Of a stretch of 64,000 bases of DNA, positions 7,988-17,132 are shown piece by piece (position 1 is the stretch's first letter; each line of letters begins with the position of its first letter). The notes beneath the pieces were generated by a model. That model did no database searches. It was given only the letters and a program-made list of their open reading frames with translations, and was not told where the DNA came from. The position numbers and the translations under genes are program-made. The stretch comes from Patescibacteria group bacterium (GTDB lineage Bacteria; Patescibacteriota; Patescibacteriia; Patescibacteriales; GWC2-42-12). Where the stretch lies: contig JBAZRI010000001.1 of assembly GCA_041662965.1 (NCBI GenBank), forward strand, positions 163,680-227,679, given 5' to 3'.

Positions 7988-8257
7988 ATGTCTAAAAAAA
8001 TAATCAAGAAAATTAAAGAAAGTAGCACGGAAGATGAAATTAAAAAAGTTTTAGAAACAATCCGGCCGTCTTTGCAGATGGACGGCGGCGATGTGCATTT
8101 CGTTGATTTTGACGTTAAATCAGGCGTTTTAAAAGTGGAATTAATGGGCCATTGCGCTCATTGTCCCATGTCCTCCATAACCTTAAAGCAGGGGATTGAG
8201 GCGGAAATCACGAAGGCGGTGAAAGAGGTAAAAGAGGTTAAAGCCGTTCAAATGTAA
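7988..8257 (+). CDS. NifU C-terminal (Nfu-like) domain protein
   Basis: LQMDGGDV..., GHCAHCPMS (CxxC) and TLKQGIE are typical of the Nfu/NifU C-terminal domain. Confidence 0.8.
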   Translation: MSKKIIKKIKESSTEDEIKKVLETIRPSLQMDGGDVHFVDFDVKSGVLKVELMGHCAHCPMSSITLKQGIEAEITKAVKEVKEVKAVQM

Positions 8258-8286
8258 AATTAAATTTAATTAATTTTTATGATTTT

Positions 8287-9498
8287 ATGAATAAAAGAGC
8301 AAAACCGATCTATCTCGATCATAGCGCCACAACGCCGGTGGATAAAGCGGTCTTAAAAGCCATGCTGCCGTATTTCAGCCAAACTTACGGCAACCCTTCT
8401 TCGCTCCATAGCTTCGGCCAGGCGGCTTTAGCCGCGGTTGATAAGGCCAGGGAACAAACGGCCGAAGTTTTAAATTGCGCGCCGAGAGAAATAATTTTCA
8501 CTTCCGGCGCGACCGAGGCGGACAATCTGGCTATTTTCGGCGTGGTCGGCGCTTTAAGCCGAAATAATCAAGGCAAAAAATTGCATGTTATCACCTCGGC
8601 CATAGAGCACCCGGCGGTTTTAGAGCCTTTCCATCAGCTTGAAGCCAAGGGCATTGAAGTTACTTATCTGCCGGTCGGGAAAAACGGCGTAATAAATTTG
8701 GAAATTTTTAAAAAAGCGGTGAAAGACAATACGGTTTTTGTTTCCATAATGTACGTTAATTCCGAAGTCGGCGCTATCCAGCCGATTAGGCAAATAGGAG
8801 AGATTATTAAAAAAATAAATAGCGCCAGAATAAAAGATAATAATAAGAATAAAATATATTTTCACACCGACGCGGTGCAGGCCTTAAATTTTTTAAATTG
8901 CGGTTTGAAATATTTGCGCGTTGATTTATTATCCCTGTCCGGCCATAAAATTTACGGCCCTAAAGGCATAGGCGCGCTTTTAGTTAAAGCCGGAACGCCG
9001 ATTAACGGCCGGCAACTGGGCGGGCACCATGAAAAAAATCTAAGAAGCGGCACGCTTAACGTGCCCGGCATAGTCGGCCTGGGCGAAGCGGTTAAAATCT
9101 GCGCCGAAAACCGCGAGAAAAATAACAAGAAAATTCTGAAATTAAGAAATAAATTTATCGCCGGAGTTAAGCGCCTGATCCCCGGAGTCATTATTAATAC
9201 TGATATAAAAAATTCTACTCCGTCCCACGCCAATATTTCATTTGCCCAAGCCGAGGGCGAAGCGATTTTAATCGCTTTGGATTTAGAAGGCTTGGCCGTT
9301 TCTACCGGCTCGGCCTGCGCTTCGGCCAGCCTAAAAGCTTCGCCCGTGCTTAAAGCCATGGGCGTAAAAGATGAAATCGCCCATAGCACTATTAGATTTA
9401 CTTTTGGGAAAAATAATACCGAGGCGGAAATAGCGGCGGCTTTGAAAATTCTGCCCCCGCTCATCGAGAAATTAAGGCGCATGGCGCCGGAATTATAA
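8287..9498 (+). CDS. nifS: Cysteine desulfurase (NifS/IscS, class V aminotransferase)
   Basis: Contains SGHKIYGPKGIGAL (PLP lysine), the active-site loop STGSACAS, and the NifS-like start YLDHSATTP. Confidence 0.92.
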   Translation: MNKRAKPIYLDHSATTPVDKAVLKAMLPYFSQTYGNPSSLHSFGQAALAAVDKAREQTAEVLNCAPREIIFTSGATEADNLAIFGVVGALSRNNQGKKLHVITSAIEHPAVLEPFHQLEAKGIEVTYLPVGKNGVINLEIFKKAVKDNTVFVSIMYVNSEVGAIQPIRQIGEIIKKINSARIKDNNKNKIYFHTDAVQALNFLNCGLKYLRVDLLSLSGHKIYGPKGIGALLVKAGTPINGRQLGGHHEKNLRSGTLNVPGIVGLGEAVKICAENREKNNKKILKLRNKFIAGVKRLIPGVIINTDIKNSTPSHANISFAQAEGEAILIALDLEGLAVSTGSACASASLKASPVLKAMGVKDEIAHSTIRFTFGKNNTEAEIAAALKILPPLIEKLRRMAPEL

Positions 9499-9506
9499 TA
9501 AAAAAT

Positions 9507-9541
9507 AGGCGCCGCGGATTGCCGAAGCGCCTGTTTTTTTA
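9507..9541. terminator. Intrinsic terminator between convergent nifS and the pilus operon
   Basis: Stem aggcgc ... gcgcct followed by TTTTTTT. Confidence 0.55.
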
Positions 9542-9552
9542 TAGGAAGTTAT

Positions 9553-9831
9553 CTAGCGGAAAGGGCTGACAATATTTTTTAATTCTTTGGGCGCGGTTTT
9601 TTCCGCTAATTTATTTATTATAATATTAAATTTGTCTATATTAACCGTATCTATGGCCACTTTCTCTTTAAGGATTAAAATTTCTTTAGTTTGCGTTATG
9701 GTTTGATAAAAATTTTTATATAAAAATAATGATATAAAAGTTAAAATTATTAAAGTTATAATGATAACCGCCGTTGCCGTTAGGCTGGATAATTTTTTAG
9801 GAGTTAATTTAATCGGTTTTATTATTATCAT
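9553..9831 (-). CDS. Small single-TM protein, last gene of the pilus cluster
   Basis: The likely start is the ATG at 9831 (MIIIKPIKL...), 1 nt after the pilO stop. The track ORF start at 9885 overlaps pilO. One TM segment (ATAVIIITLIILTFISLFLY). Confidence 0.5.
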   Translation of the reverse strand: MIIIKPIKLTPKKLSSLTATAVIIITLIILTFISLFLYKNFYQTITQTKEILILKEKVAIDTVNIDKFNIIINKLAEKTAPKELKNIVSPFR

Positions 9832-9832
9832 A

Positions 9833-10441
9833 TTATTTCCAGTAAGTGTCAGCGATGACGAATAGATTAATGTTATTGGGTTCATTCTCGGGAGCTGGAG
9901 TTTCTTGGCCGTTATTTTTAATATTTGGCGCTGTTTGTCTGCCGCCCGAAGATGACAACTCCAACGTTTTCATATTTATATAATAATTTAAAGATTCCAA
10001 ATCTATTAAATATTTTAGTTGTTTGGTGAATTTGCCTGTTGTGGAAAGCTGGAGGTCAATTTTTTGGAAATCTTGGCTTTTCGTTGCTTGAGGCGGGCTT
10101 AAATTTATTTTCTGGCTTATTTGGTTATTCTCGGCTTTATCCTCTAGGCTGGTAATAAATTCCAGCTCGCGATTTTTATTGATAAAAATTTGATCTAATA
10201 ATTCAAGCTTAGGCTCAATTTCATTTAAGTTTTTAGTTAATTGCTTTAAGCTTTGGCCTTTAATATATTTTTTTTCCAAATCTTCTCTTTGCGCTTCTAT
10301 CGACTGGCCCATGGCTTTAATTTCTCTGACGGTAGGGATGACAATAAAATAAATCAAAGATAAAATTACTATTAGAAAGCCGGCCAGGCTGGCGGTGATT
10401 TTATTTTTTAGATTAAATTTTAAATATTTACTGCTGTCCAT
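9833..10441 (-). CDS. pilO: PilO-like pilus assembly protein
   Basis: N-terminal TM followed by a coiled coil, positioned after pilM-pilN. About 200 aa. Confidence 0.6.
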   Translation of the reverse strand: MDSSKYLKFNLKNKITASLAGFLIVILSLIYFIVIPTVREIKAMGQSIEAQREDLEKKYIKGQSLKQLTKNLNEIEPKLELLDQIFINKNRELEFITSLEDKAENNQISQKINLSPPQATKSQDFQKIDLQLSTTGKFTKQLKYLIDLESLNYYINMKTLELSSSGGRQTAPNIKNNGQETPAPENEPNNINLFVIADTYWK

Positions 10442-10982
10442 ATGCGCTTAGTAAGTTTGCTAAATTTATTTTGGCGTTAATTTCAAAATTAATATTTTCT
10501 TTTTCTAAGATATTTTTGACGGGTAGGTCAATATTTTCAAAAATAGTTGTAGTTTCCATTTTTTGCTTAAAATTAAGCAAACTGTCGCGCAGGTCGGCTC
10601 GGCCGTTAATTTTTATTGTTTTTTCTTCAGAATTAATTTTAAGATAATATAAACTAACGTCTTCAGGCGTTATGTCGGCCACGGTTTTCAATAGATTTGA
10701 CCAGGGGATAAAGCCGTTTTGTATGGTTGCCACAAAATCTATTTTGCTGTTTATGCCTTTTATTTTATCATTATAGCCCTGGTTGTTTCGGGTCACTAAA
10801 GTTGTTTGGTCAACAACGTCATTGAATTTCAACTGGAGTATGGTTTTAGCGGCTAAAAGGATAATGGCAATAACAATGGTAATAATAATCAAAGTCAGAT
10901 TGATTTTTTTTATAAATAAGTAAAGATGCCGCAGCTTGATTTCTTTTTTTAATTCCTCTGAAATAAGGTTTAGAGTAAGCAT
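10428..10982 (-). CDS. pilN: PilN-like pilus assembly protein
   Basis: Short cytoplasmic N-terminus (MLTLNLISEE..), a single TM, and a position directly after pilM. Confidence 0.65.
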   Translation of the reverse strand: MLTLNLISEELKKEIKLRHLYLFIKKINLTLIIITIVIAIILLAAKTILQLKFNDVVDQTTLVTRNNQGYNDKIKGINSKIDFVATIQNGFIPWSNLLKTVADITPEDVSLYYLKINSEEKTIKINGRADLRDSLLNFKQKMETTTIFENIDLPVKNILEKENINFEINAKINLANLLSAYGQQ

Positions 10983-11003
10983 AGTAATTTTGTAATTGCC
11001 TGG

Positions 11004-12185
11004 CTATAATTCATCTATGAAAATTCCTCTTAGAGCCAGCCCGAAGGCGGTAGTAAAAGTAGAGCTGGAGTTTTGTTTGGCCGATAAACTTTTTTGTTTA
11101 TCGCCAGTATCAAATTTGGCCGACTTAAGGTCAAGGGTATGTTTTTCCGTAAAGATTTCATCTAATTTATTTTTTGCCTCGGATAAATTAATTAAGGCGT
11201 CGGCCAGCCTGACTTCAACGGGAAGCTCTTTACCGATAATTTTTTCCAGATTAGGTATATTGGCTCCGCCGCCGCACAGTAAGATTTTATTTAATGGCCC
11301 GCGCTGATGAAAATAATTTTCATAAAAGGAAATTGCTTCTTTTATTTTTTCAACTAAATTTTTTAAATTATCCGCTAGTATGTCTTTAATTACCCCGTTA
11401 GCTTTATTTTCGTCCAGGCCGCAAATAATTTTTGCTTTATCCGCTTGTTCCTTGGTTAGATTTAGAGAACGCGAAATTTTAGAAGTGATTTCTTCTCCGG
11501 TAATAGGCATGCTGACGGTAAAAAGTATGGCGTTGCCGGAATAAAAAATCATGCAGGTGTGATTGGCGCCGATATCAATCAGGCCATAATTCAGGCTAGC
11601 GTCTGTTTTAGCATTATTTCCAAAGGTTGTTATTTTTAAATTTGACGTTTCTTCTTTTAAAAGGCAGCGGCAGATGGCTAGGGGCTCGATTTCCAGCGCG
11701 ATGGGCGATAGTTTAGCTTCATCAAGCAAGTCAGTATATTGGTTGACTATGTTTTTAGGCGCGGCGCCGATTAGCACAAAATATTTATCGGCCAGTTCCT
11801 CAATAATCTGCCAGTCAAAGTAGATTTCGTTAAGCGCCAGAGGAACATGTTTTTCAATTTCCGAGCCGATAATATCAGCCAGGGGATTAGGCGATTTTTC
11901 CACCTCAATTAATTTAATAAAAGTTTTTGATTCAGGCAGGCAGGCGACAACTTCTTCGGAGATAGTTTTACCGTAGAGCGGATCGGATATTATTTTTTTA
12001 ATTGCTTTAATAAGCTCAAGCTTGTTTTTTATTTCGCCATTGACAATAATGCCTTGAGCCAGGTTTAATTTGCTTAAGGCTTGAATTTTTATTTTGCCCC
12101 GGCGGTTATTAAGCTGGACTAATTTTAATGATAAATCGGAAATATCTAAACCGATTGGGCGGGTTGAGTTGCTAGTCAATAGCAT
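11004..12185 (-). CDS. pilM: PilM, actin-like type IV pilus assembly ATPase
   Basis: PIGLDISDLSLKLVQL, GLIDIGANHT and LLCGGGANIPNL are actin-fold motifs. The track start at 12230 is a TTG, and ATG 12185 (MLLTSN) is more likely. Confidence 0.85.
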   Translation of the reverse strand: MLLTSNSTRPIGLDISDLSLKLVQLNNRRGKIKIQALSKLNLAQGIIVNGEIKNKLELIKAIKKIISDPLYGKTISEEVVACLPESKTFIKLIEVEKSPNPLADIIGSEIEKHVPLALNEIYFDWQIIEELADKYFVLIGAAPKNIVNQYTDLLDEAKLSPIALEIEPLAICRCLLKEETSNLKITTFGNNAKTDASLNYGLIDIGANHTCMIFYSGNAILFTVSMPITGEEITSKISRSLNLTKEQADKAKIICGLDENKANGVIKDILADNLKNLVEKIKEAISFYENYFHQRGPLNKILLCGGGANIPNLEKIIGKELPVEVRLADALINLSEAKNKLDEIFTEKHTLDLKSAKFDTGDKQKSLSAKQNSSSTFTTAFGLALRGIFIDEL

Positions 12186-12233
12186 AATCAATTGTTTAAT
12201 TCTAATATAAATTATAGCATAAATCAGCAAATT

Positions 12234-13490
12234 CTAATATTCTTCTTCCCAGTGCTCAACAGTAATAATCGGAGAAAATTCAGTTACGCCTAAAACTTCG
12301 CTTAAATATTGGTTATTAATGGTTATATTTATCGGCTGCCAGATGCTGGTCATGGTTAATTTGCGGCCGATTAAGCCGCCAATAATATTGAATTCCTGCG
12401 GCAGGCTTAAAGTTTTAAATTCGTCGCTGGCATAAACTACTCCGTTGACGTTTACTTCGCCCGTGCAAGGGTCAAAATTTATTTTTCTTTTAGCCAGCAA
12501 GCCGGAAGCTACTCCTGACGCATGGTTGACCGTAATGTCGCTTTGGCCGCACTGGAATAGGCAGCCCCATGAGAATTTGCCAATATTTATATCTCGGCTT
12601 GATACTAAGAGGCCATTGACCGTTATTTCGCGATCACATTTTAATTCAATGTCTCCGTCCACATAGGTGATCGGTCCGTTTAAGATTAAATTTGGGTTAG
12701 CCGCGATTAAATTATCAAATTGCGCTTTAGTGTAAACTACTGTAGCCCTGTTTTTTAGCGAATTCGGGCTGGTTGAATCAAAATCAACCGCCGGCATGGC
12801 GATGGACGCCGCTTCCGGAGGATATTCCTTGGAATGTATGGTTCCGCCGACGTTAACGGTTGAAAAATCGCTTTTATTATAATTATTCACGACATCCAAG
12901 TTATCATCTATATTTACCGTGCTGATTAATTTAACCAGCACATTTATATTTGAATGCAAGCCGCCTTCTAGAATATTTATTTGGCTGGCCGTAATATCGG
13001 TGTTGCCATCGGCGTAGCCGGCATTATTTTGCACGCCGGTCTGCCCCATGGCTCGGTAAACATAAGTTTTCACTATGCGCTGGCTGGTTTTGCCGCTGCC
13101 GATATTTATCGTTCCGGTAGAAGTAATTACGCCATGCGCCAAGCCGCTGTTGGCTATGCTTACAGTGTAAGAACCGTTATCGGAGCCAAAAGGGTTGGTT
13201 CGGGTAAAGCTGGCTGTCCAGCTGGGGTTGGTTTCAAAATTTTGCTTATAGGCGGAATTATTTTTTAATTGCCAGACCATTTCTTGAATGCCGGCTTCGG
13301 CCAAATAATAGGTTTTAGCCCCCCACGACTGGCTTTTGGCAATGCGGTTTTCAGTTAAGGTGAAGCTTAGAAGATATAAAGATAAAAATAAAATCAAAGA
13401 CATTAAAAGAATGGTTAAAATAAGAGCCATGCCTCGGCTTTGTTTTACGGTAAAATATTTATTTATATTATTGGATATTCTGGCCCTCAT
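12234..13490 (-). CDS. PilX-N-like large minor pilin / pilus tip protein
   Basis: The N-terminus QSRGMALILTILLMSLILFLSLYLL resembles the PilX N-terminal domain, followed by a ~380-aa extracellular region. Confidence 0.55.
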   Translation of the reverse strand: MRARISNNINKYFTVKQSRGMALILTILLMSLILFLSLYLLSFTLTENRIAKSQSWGAKTYYLAEAGIQEMVWQLKNNSAYKQNFETNPSWTASFTRTNPFGSDNGSYTVSIANSGLAHGVITSTGTINIGSGKTSQRIVKTYVYRAMGQTGVQNNAGYADGNTDITASQINILEGGLHSNINVLVKLISTVNIDDNLDVVNNYNKSDFSTVNVGGTIHSKEYPPEAASIAMPAVDFDSTSPNSLKNRATVVYTKAQFDNLIAANPNLILNGPITYVDGDIELKCDREITVNGLLVSSRDINIGKFSWGCLFQCGQSDITVNHASGVASGLLAKRKINFDPCTGEVNVNGVVYASDEFKTLSLPQEFNIIGGLIGRKLTMTSIWQPINITINNQYLSEVLGVTEFSPIITVEHWEEEY

Positions 13491-13493
13491 ATT

Positions 13494-14078
13494 TTATTGG
13501 TTTCTTGAAAAAATTGAAGTTTCTATGGTAAATATATTTTGATTTTTTGCCAAATTTAAAGAAATGTTAATTAAGCCGTTAGCCCCCCAAAATTCTAGCT
13601 CGGTAAAATATTCTCCAACCACCCGATCATCAATTATGGTTTCCAAAGGCGCCGCGCCGCCTTGGTCGACGCTGTTATAAGCAACGTAGACCGATGGTTC
13701 TTGAATAAAATAATAAGCCTTATTTTCACGCATTAAATCAGCGCCGCTAAGATAATATCTAAGGTAGGTTATTTGGTTTATATTATGGCCGTCTTGGAAG
13801 AAAATTTGATTAACCGGCGGATTGCCAGGATCGTCGTCGGTTGCCGGCAGAGCGGTAATAATATTAGCTGATTGCCTTAATTCGCGGGAGATTCTGTCAA
13901 AAGAAACTCGGGCGTTTTGCGTTAATTCGGCGATGTCGGAATTTTTATTGTAGGCGCGCTGAGTTACTAAAAAAATATCGCTTACCAGAATAATAATAAT
14001 AGTAAACAAAGAAATGCTGACAATAATTTCCAAAAGAGTAAAGCCGGCGGTCGAGATTTTTTTTATTGGCTTATGCAT
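13494..14078 (-). CDS. Prepilin-type pseudopilin (PilW-like)
   Basis: Class III signal: STAG/FTLLEIIVSISLF, with Glu at +5. Confidence 0.8.
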   Translation of the reverse strand: MHKPIKKISTAGFTLLEIIVSISLFTIIIILVSDIFLVTQRAYNKNSDIAELTQNARVSFDRISRELRQSANIITALPATDDDPGNPPVNQIFFQDGHNINQITYLRYYLSGADLMRENKAYYFIQEPSVYVAYNSVDQGGAAPLETIIDDRVVGEYFTELEFWGANGLINISLNLAKNQNIFTIETSIFSRNQ

Positions 14079-14758
14079 TATTTAGTGAACTTAAATGTTG
14101 TTAAAGCTTTATTAACTTGAGCGGTAAATTCCGACGACTCCTCGCTGTATTGGATAATATAATTTAAATTTGATTTTTTTAATAAAATATTAATACTTTT
14201 GGTTTTAGCCATAAGGTTATTTAAGATGATTTTTTCACCATTGATTCCGGCCAAAGTAATCGGTTCCTCGGTTATTGATATTATTCCCGGATACTTTTTA
14301 GCTTCTGCTTTAGCTTGTTCAAGCTCATTGCTTCCGCCTTGCGACACTTCAATGGTTATGGCGCCCTGGCCGTTTTTCGGCGGCACTGTGCCGAGAGAAA
14401 CGTTATTTTCCGCCCGGACTCTTATGGGCCAGTTTTCGGGAAAACTGATTTGATAAAAATAAGTATTATTTTCATAATAGCCTTTTTTCGCCGCCGGCGC
14501 GGTTTCTCCCGCTTCGGGAGTTTGAATTTTCGGCGGCGCGGTTTTCGCGGGAATCGCTGGAGTTTTAATGGGCGAACCGGTTGATGTCGCTGATTCCGCA
14601 TCCGTTAAAGCTACATGTTTGGGCGGGTAATCAGGATTATTTAAAATTTGTTTAATTTTATTATCCAAATATCGCGTGTAGCTTAAATAGGCCAGAGATA
14701 TCAAGCCGATGATGATTATTATATTTATAACCGATAAGCCCCGTTTCATATTATACAT
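14078..14758 (-). CDS. Membrane-anchored protein with Pro/Ala-rich linker (pilus cluster)
   Basis: N-terminal anchor KRGLSVINIIIIIGLISLAYL with no Glu at +5, then a PAIPAKTAPPKIQTPEAGETAPAA linker and a globular domain. Confidence 0.5.
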   Translation of the reverse strand: MYNMKRGLSVINIIIIIGLISLAYLSYTRYLDNKIKQILNNPDYPPKHVALTDAESATSTGSPIKTPAIPAKTAPPKIQTPEAGETAPAAKKGYYENNTYFYQISFPENWPIRVRAENNVSLGTVPPKNGQGAITIEVSQGGSNELEQAKAEAKKYPGIISITEEPITLAGINGEKIILNNLMAKTKSINILLKKSNLNYIIQYSEESSEFTAQVNKALTTFKFTK

Positions 14759-14768
14759 AATTTTATTT

Positions 14769-15245
14769 TTACCACTGGCTTATTAAGGTGACCGTTGAAT
14801 AACTTTTTTCAGTTTTTGATAAGGCGTTGGTATAATAAATTGTTACGGAAATTCTTTTCAAGCCGGCGTCCGAAAGGCTTTTTTGCAAATTGCTGTCAAC
14901 ATAATCAACTATAGTTTGTCTTTGGAAATAGTATAAATAATCAGTTTGGCTATCGGAGAGGCGATGTTTGGCTTCAATCGTGCCGACGGCGATGCCGCTA
15001 TAGCCTAGCGAATTCAGCTCCTCAAGTTTTTCTTGAGCTAAATATGAGGCTTTTGTGGAATTTTCCGAGGTTTTATTAATAGTTAGAGCCATGGGAAATG
15101 ATTGCATTAGAGCAATAAAGGTGACGACTAAAATAGATAATGACACCATTATTTCTAAAAGGCTCATGCCGGCTTGGTTAATGAATATTTTTTTCAGTTT
15201 AAAATTTTTCCGGCTGGATATTTTAATAAAATTAAAGTTTTCCAT
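14769..15245 (-). CDS. Prepilin-type pseudopilin (PilV-like)
   Basis: Class III signal: NQAG/MSLLEIMVSLSILVV. Confidence 0.75.
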   Translation of the reverse strand: MENFNFIKISSRKNFKLKKIFINQAGMSLLEIMVSLSILVVTFIALMQSFPMALTINKTSENSTKASYLAQEKLEELNSLGYSGIAVGTIEAKHRLSDSQTDYLYYFQRQTIVDYVDSNLQKSLSDAGLKRISVTIYYTNALSKTEKSYSTVTLISQW

Positions 15246-15316
15246 GTGTATTTTTTATTATTATATTTATATCCGGGCAGAAAAAATAAGCGGAAAATTT
15301 ACCAGGGTGAATATCT

Positions 15317-15790
15317 TTATTGCCCAAGCTGGATATAGCCTGACGGTTTTATATTAATGGTGGCATCGACGCCATTGGTATTGGTTAAGACTATCTGCCC
15401 GGACTGGCTGACGCCGCCGTAAAAATTAAAAACAACTTGGTTGTTGGTTAAATCAGTGATTTGTTTAAAACTCACTTCAGGATCAAGAATGACGGTTTTA
15501 ACCGTGGTGGTAGCAGAGTCTATTTTTAATATTTCATACTTATCATTCATTATATTAAAAGCCACAAGGTGGATTTTTTGCTCGGTTACGGTTAACTGCT
15601 GGGCGTATCTTAAGTCTGTGGTTAAATCGCGGGCGGTGGCGCTAAGTTTTAAATTAGGCTGGTATTTCCTTAAATAAGGCATGGCTATGGTTGATAGCAG
15701 GGCGATAATGCCAATAACAACCAATAAATCCATGAGCATCGTGCCTTTATTGTCTCGGCGTAGTTGCATAATATATTTTGGCTTAGCCAT
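15317..15790 (-). CDS. FimT/GspH-like pseudopilin with atypical prepilin motif
   Basis: NKG/TMLMDLLVVIGIIALLSTIAMP has Thr at +1 and Asp at +5. LTTDLRYAQQLTVTEQ resembles the GspH/FimT family. Confidence 0.6.
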   Translation of the reverse strand: MAKPKYIMQLRRDNKGTMLMDLLVVIGIIALLSTIAMPYLRKYQPNLKLSATARDLTTDLRYAQQLTVTEQKIHLVAFNIMNDKYEILKIDSATTTVKTVILDPEVSFKQITDLTNNQVVFNFYGGVSQSGQIVLTNTNGVDATINIKPSGYIQLGQ

Positions 15791-16975
15791 TTAGATGGCT
15801 GACGTTAAAGAGTACATGGGCATAATTACGGCTATGGCCATGCCGCCGACGACGATGCCGAGGGTTAATATTAAAATCGGCTCAATTATCGCCGGCAGAT
15901 TGTCCATGGTTTGGTCGATTTCGCCTTCGTAGAATTCGGCCAATTCTTCAAGAATATAATCAAGCTCGCCGGTTTCTTCGCCCACGGCGATCATTTGCAC
16001 GACTACGGGCGGAAATAATTTTTGATAATTGCCGATAACTTCATTGATGGTGCCGCCTTTTTTGATTTTGTCGCTCATATCATTTAAGGCGTCGCGGTAA
16101 TAGACATTGCCTAAAACATTGGCCGTAATCTGGAAGCTTTTAATGATCATAATGTCGGTTCTTAAAAGCGAGCTGATAGTCCGGGCGAAACGGGCCAGGT
16201 TTACCTTTTTAATGATCGGAGAGATAATCGGCAATTTTAAAAGTAGGCCGTGGAAAAAATATTTGCCTTTTTTTGTTTTTATCGACTGGACTAAAATTAA
16301 TATGAAAACAACCAGGCCGATAAAGTAAAGCGGGCCGTTGGCGACTAAGCTGTCGGATAATTTAATCAATAATTTCGTGGCTAACGGCAGTTCGGCGTTA
16401 AAATCTTTAAACATGGCGGTGATTTTGGGGATTACGAAAATCATCATAAAAACGCCGATGCCGCACATGGCGAATAAAATCACCGCCGGATAAGTAAGCG
16501 CTCCTTTAACCTTGGAAACCAGCTCGTGATTTTTTTTAAATTGGATATATAATCTTTTTAAAACCTCTTCCAGCTTTCCGGAAATTTCTCCGGATTCAAT
16601 CATGCTGATGAACAGCTGGCCGAAGACTTTTTCGTGCGGCCTTAAGCTCTCGGTAAAGCTTACGCCCTTTTCCACGTTTTTTGAAACGTCGCTTATTATT
16701 CTGGCGAATCTTTTATTGCTGGTTTGCTTGGTTAAAGTTTTTAGCGCCACCGACAAAGAAATTCCGGCTTTAAGCATTATGCCTAAGTGCTGGACAAAAA
16801 ATAATTTTTCAGAGATTGGTATGGAAGAAAATTTTTCTAAAAAATGATTAATTGCTCCCATGATATTTTTTTTCTGGCCGATCGGCTTTTCCTCCCGGCT
16901 GGTCGGCGGCGCGGTTTCGGCGGTTTTTTCCGGCTGATCGGCCGGTTCGTTTTGCTCGGGTAAAATTACGGTCAT
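15791..16975 (-). CDS. pilC: PilC / GspF-family pilus platform protein
   Basis: Two T2SSF repeats and three TM regions, ending in GEETGELD...PILILTLGIVVG. Confidence 0.9.
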   Translation of the reverse strand: MTVILPEQNEPADQPEKTAETAPPTSREEKPIGQKKNIMGAINHFLEKFSSIPISEKLFFVQHLGIMLKAGISLSVALKTLTKQTSNKRFARIISDVSKNVEKGVSFTESLRPHEKVFGQLFISMIESGEISGKLEEVLKRLYIQFKKNHELVSKVKGALTYPAVILFAMCGIGVFMMIFVIPKITAMFKDFNAELPLATKLLIKLSDSLVANGPLYFIGLVVFILILVQSIKTKKGKYFFHGLLLKLPIISPIIKKVNLARFARTISSLLRTDIMIIKSFQITANVLGNVYYRDALNDMSDKIKKGGTINEVIGNYQKLFPPVVVQMIAVGEETGELDYILEELAEFYEGEIDQTMDNLPAIIEPILILTLGIVVGGMAIAVIMPMYSLTSAI

Positions 16976-16983
16976 AAATTATA

Positions 16984-17059
16984 ATCGAATAAAAATTTTA
17001 TGGCCGTAGAGCCCTGCCTACCGGCAGGCAGGTTTGCTCGCTATAAAATTTTATTCGAT
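16984..17059. repeat. Palindromic intergenic element between pilB and pilC
   Basis: Arms atcgaataaaaattttat / ataaaattttattcgat enclose a GC core, cctgcctaccggcaggcagg, which is shared with 23651-23672. Confidence 0.75.
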
Positions 17060-17132
17060 ACATTATATTTTTTGAAAATATTATTTATCCCCGGAGGGGG
17101 AAAACCTTTTTCTAAAAAAGGTTTTAAAGTCT

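Noticed and set aside
8952-9482. Long antisense ORFs opposite conserved genes: 8952-9482 versus nifS, 10996-11307 versus pilM, 12981-13268 versus the PilX-like gene, 37444-37839 versus dnaJ, 50289-50672 versus the SPFH gene, and 56726-57049 versus the permease.
   Set aside because: Each lies fully inside a gene with clear family motifs on the other strand and has low-complexity translations. These are shadow ORFs.
12186-12230. N-terminal extensions in the ORF track: pilM 12230, pilB 18884, rplA 58480, hrcA 31860, the adaptor 53343, the secreted protein 52801 and the small TM protein 9885.
   Set aside because: Where I checked the first codon (pilM, pilB, rplA and the adaptor), the track start is a TTG or GTG. 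Each extension adds non-conserved residues or overlaps the upstream gene. Internal ATGs give canonical N-termini, so I moved the starts.
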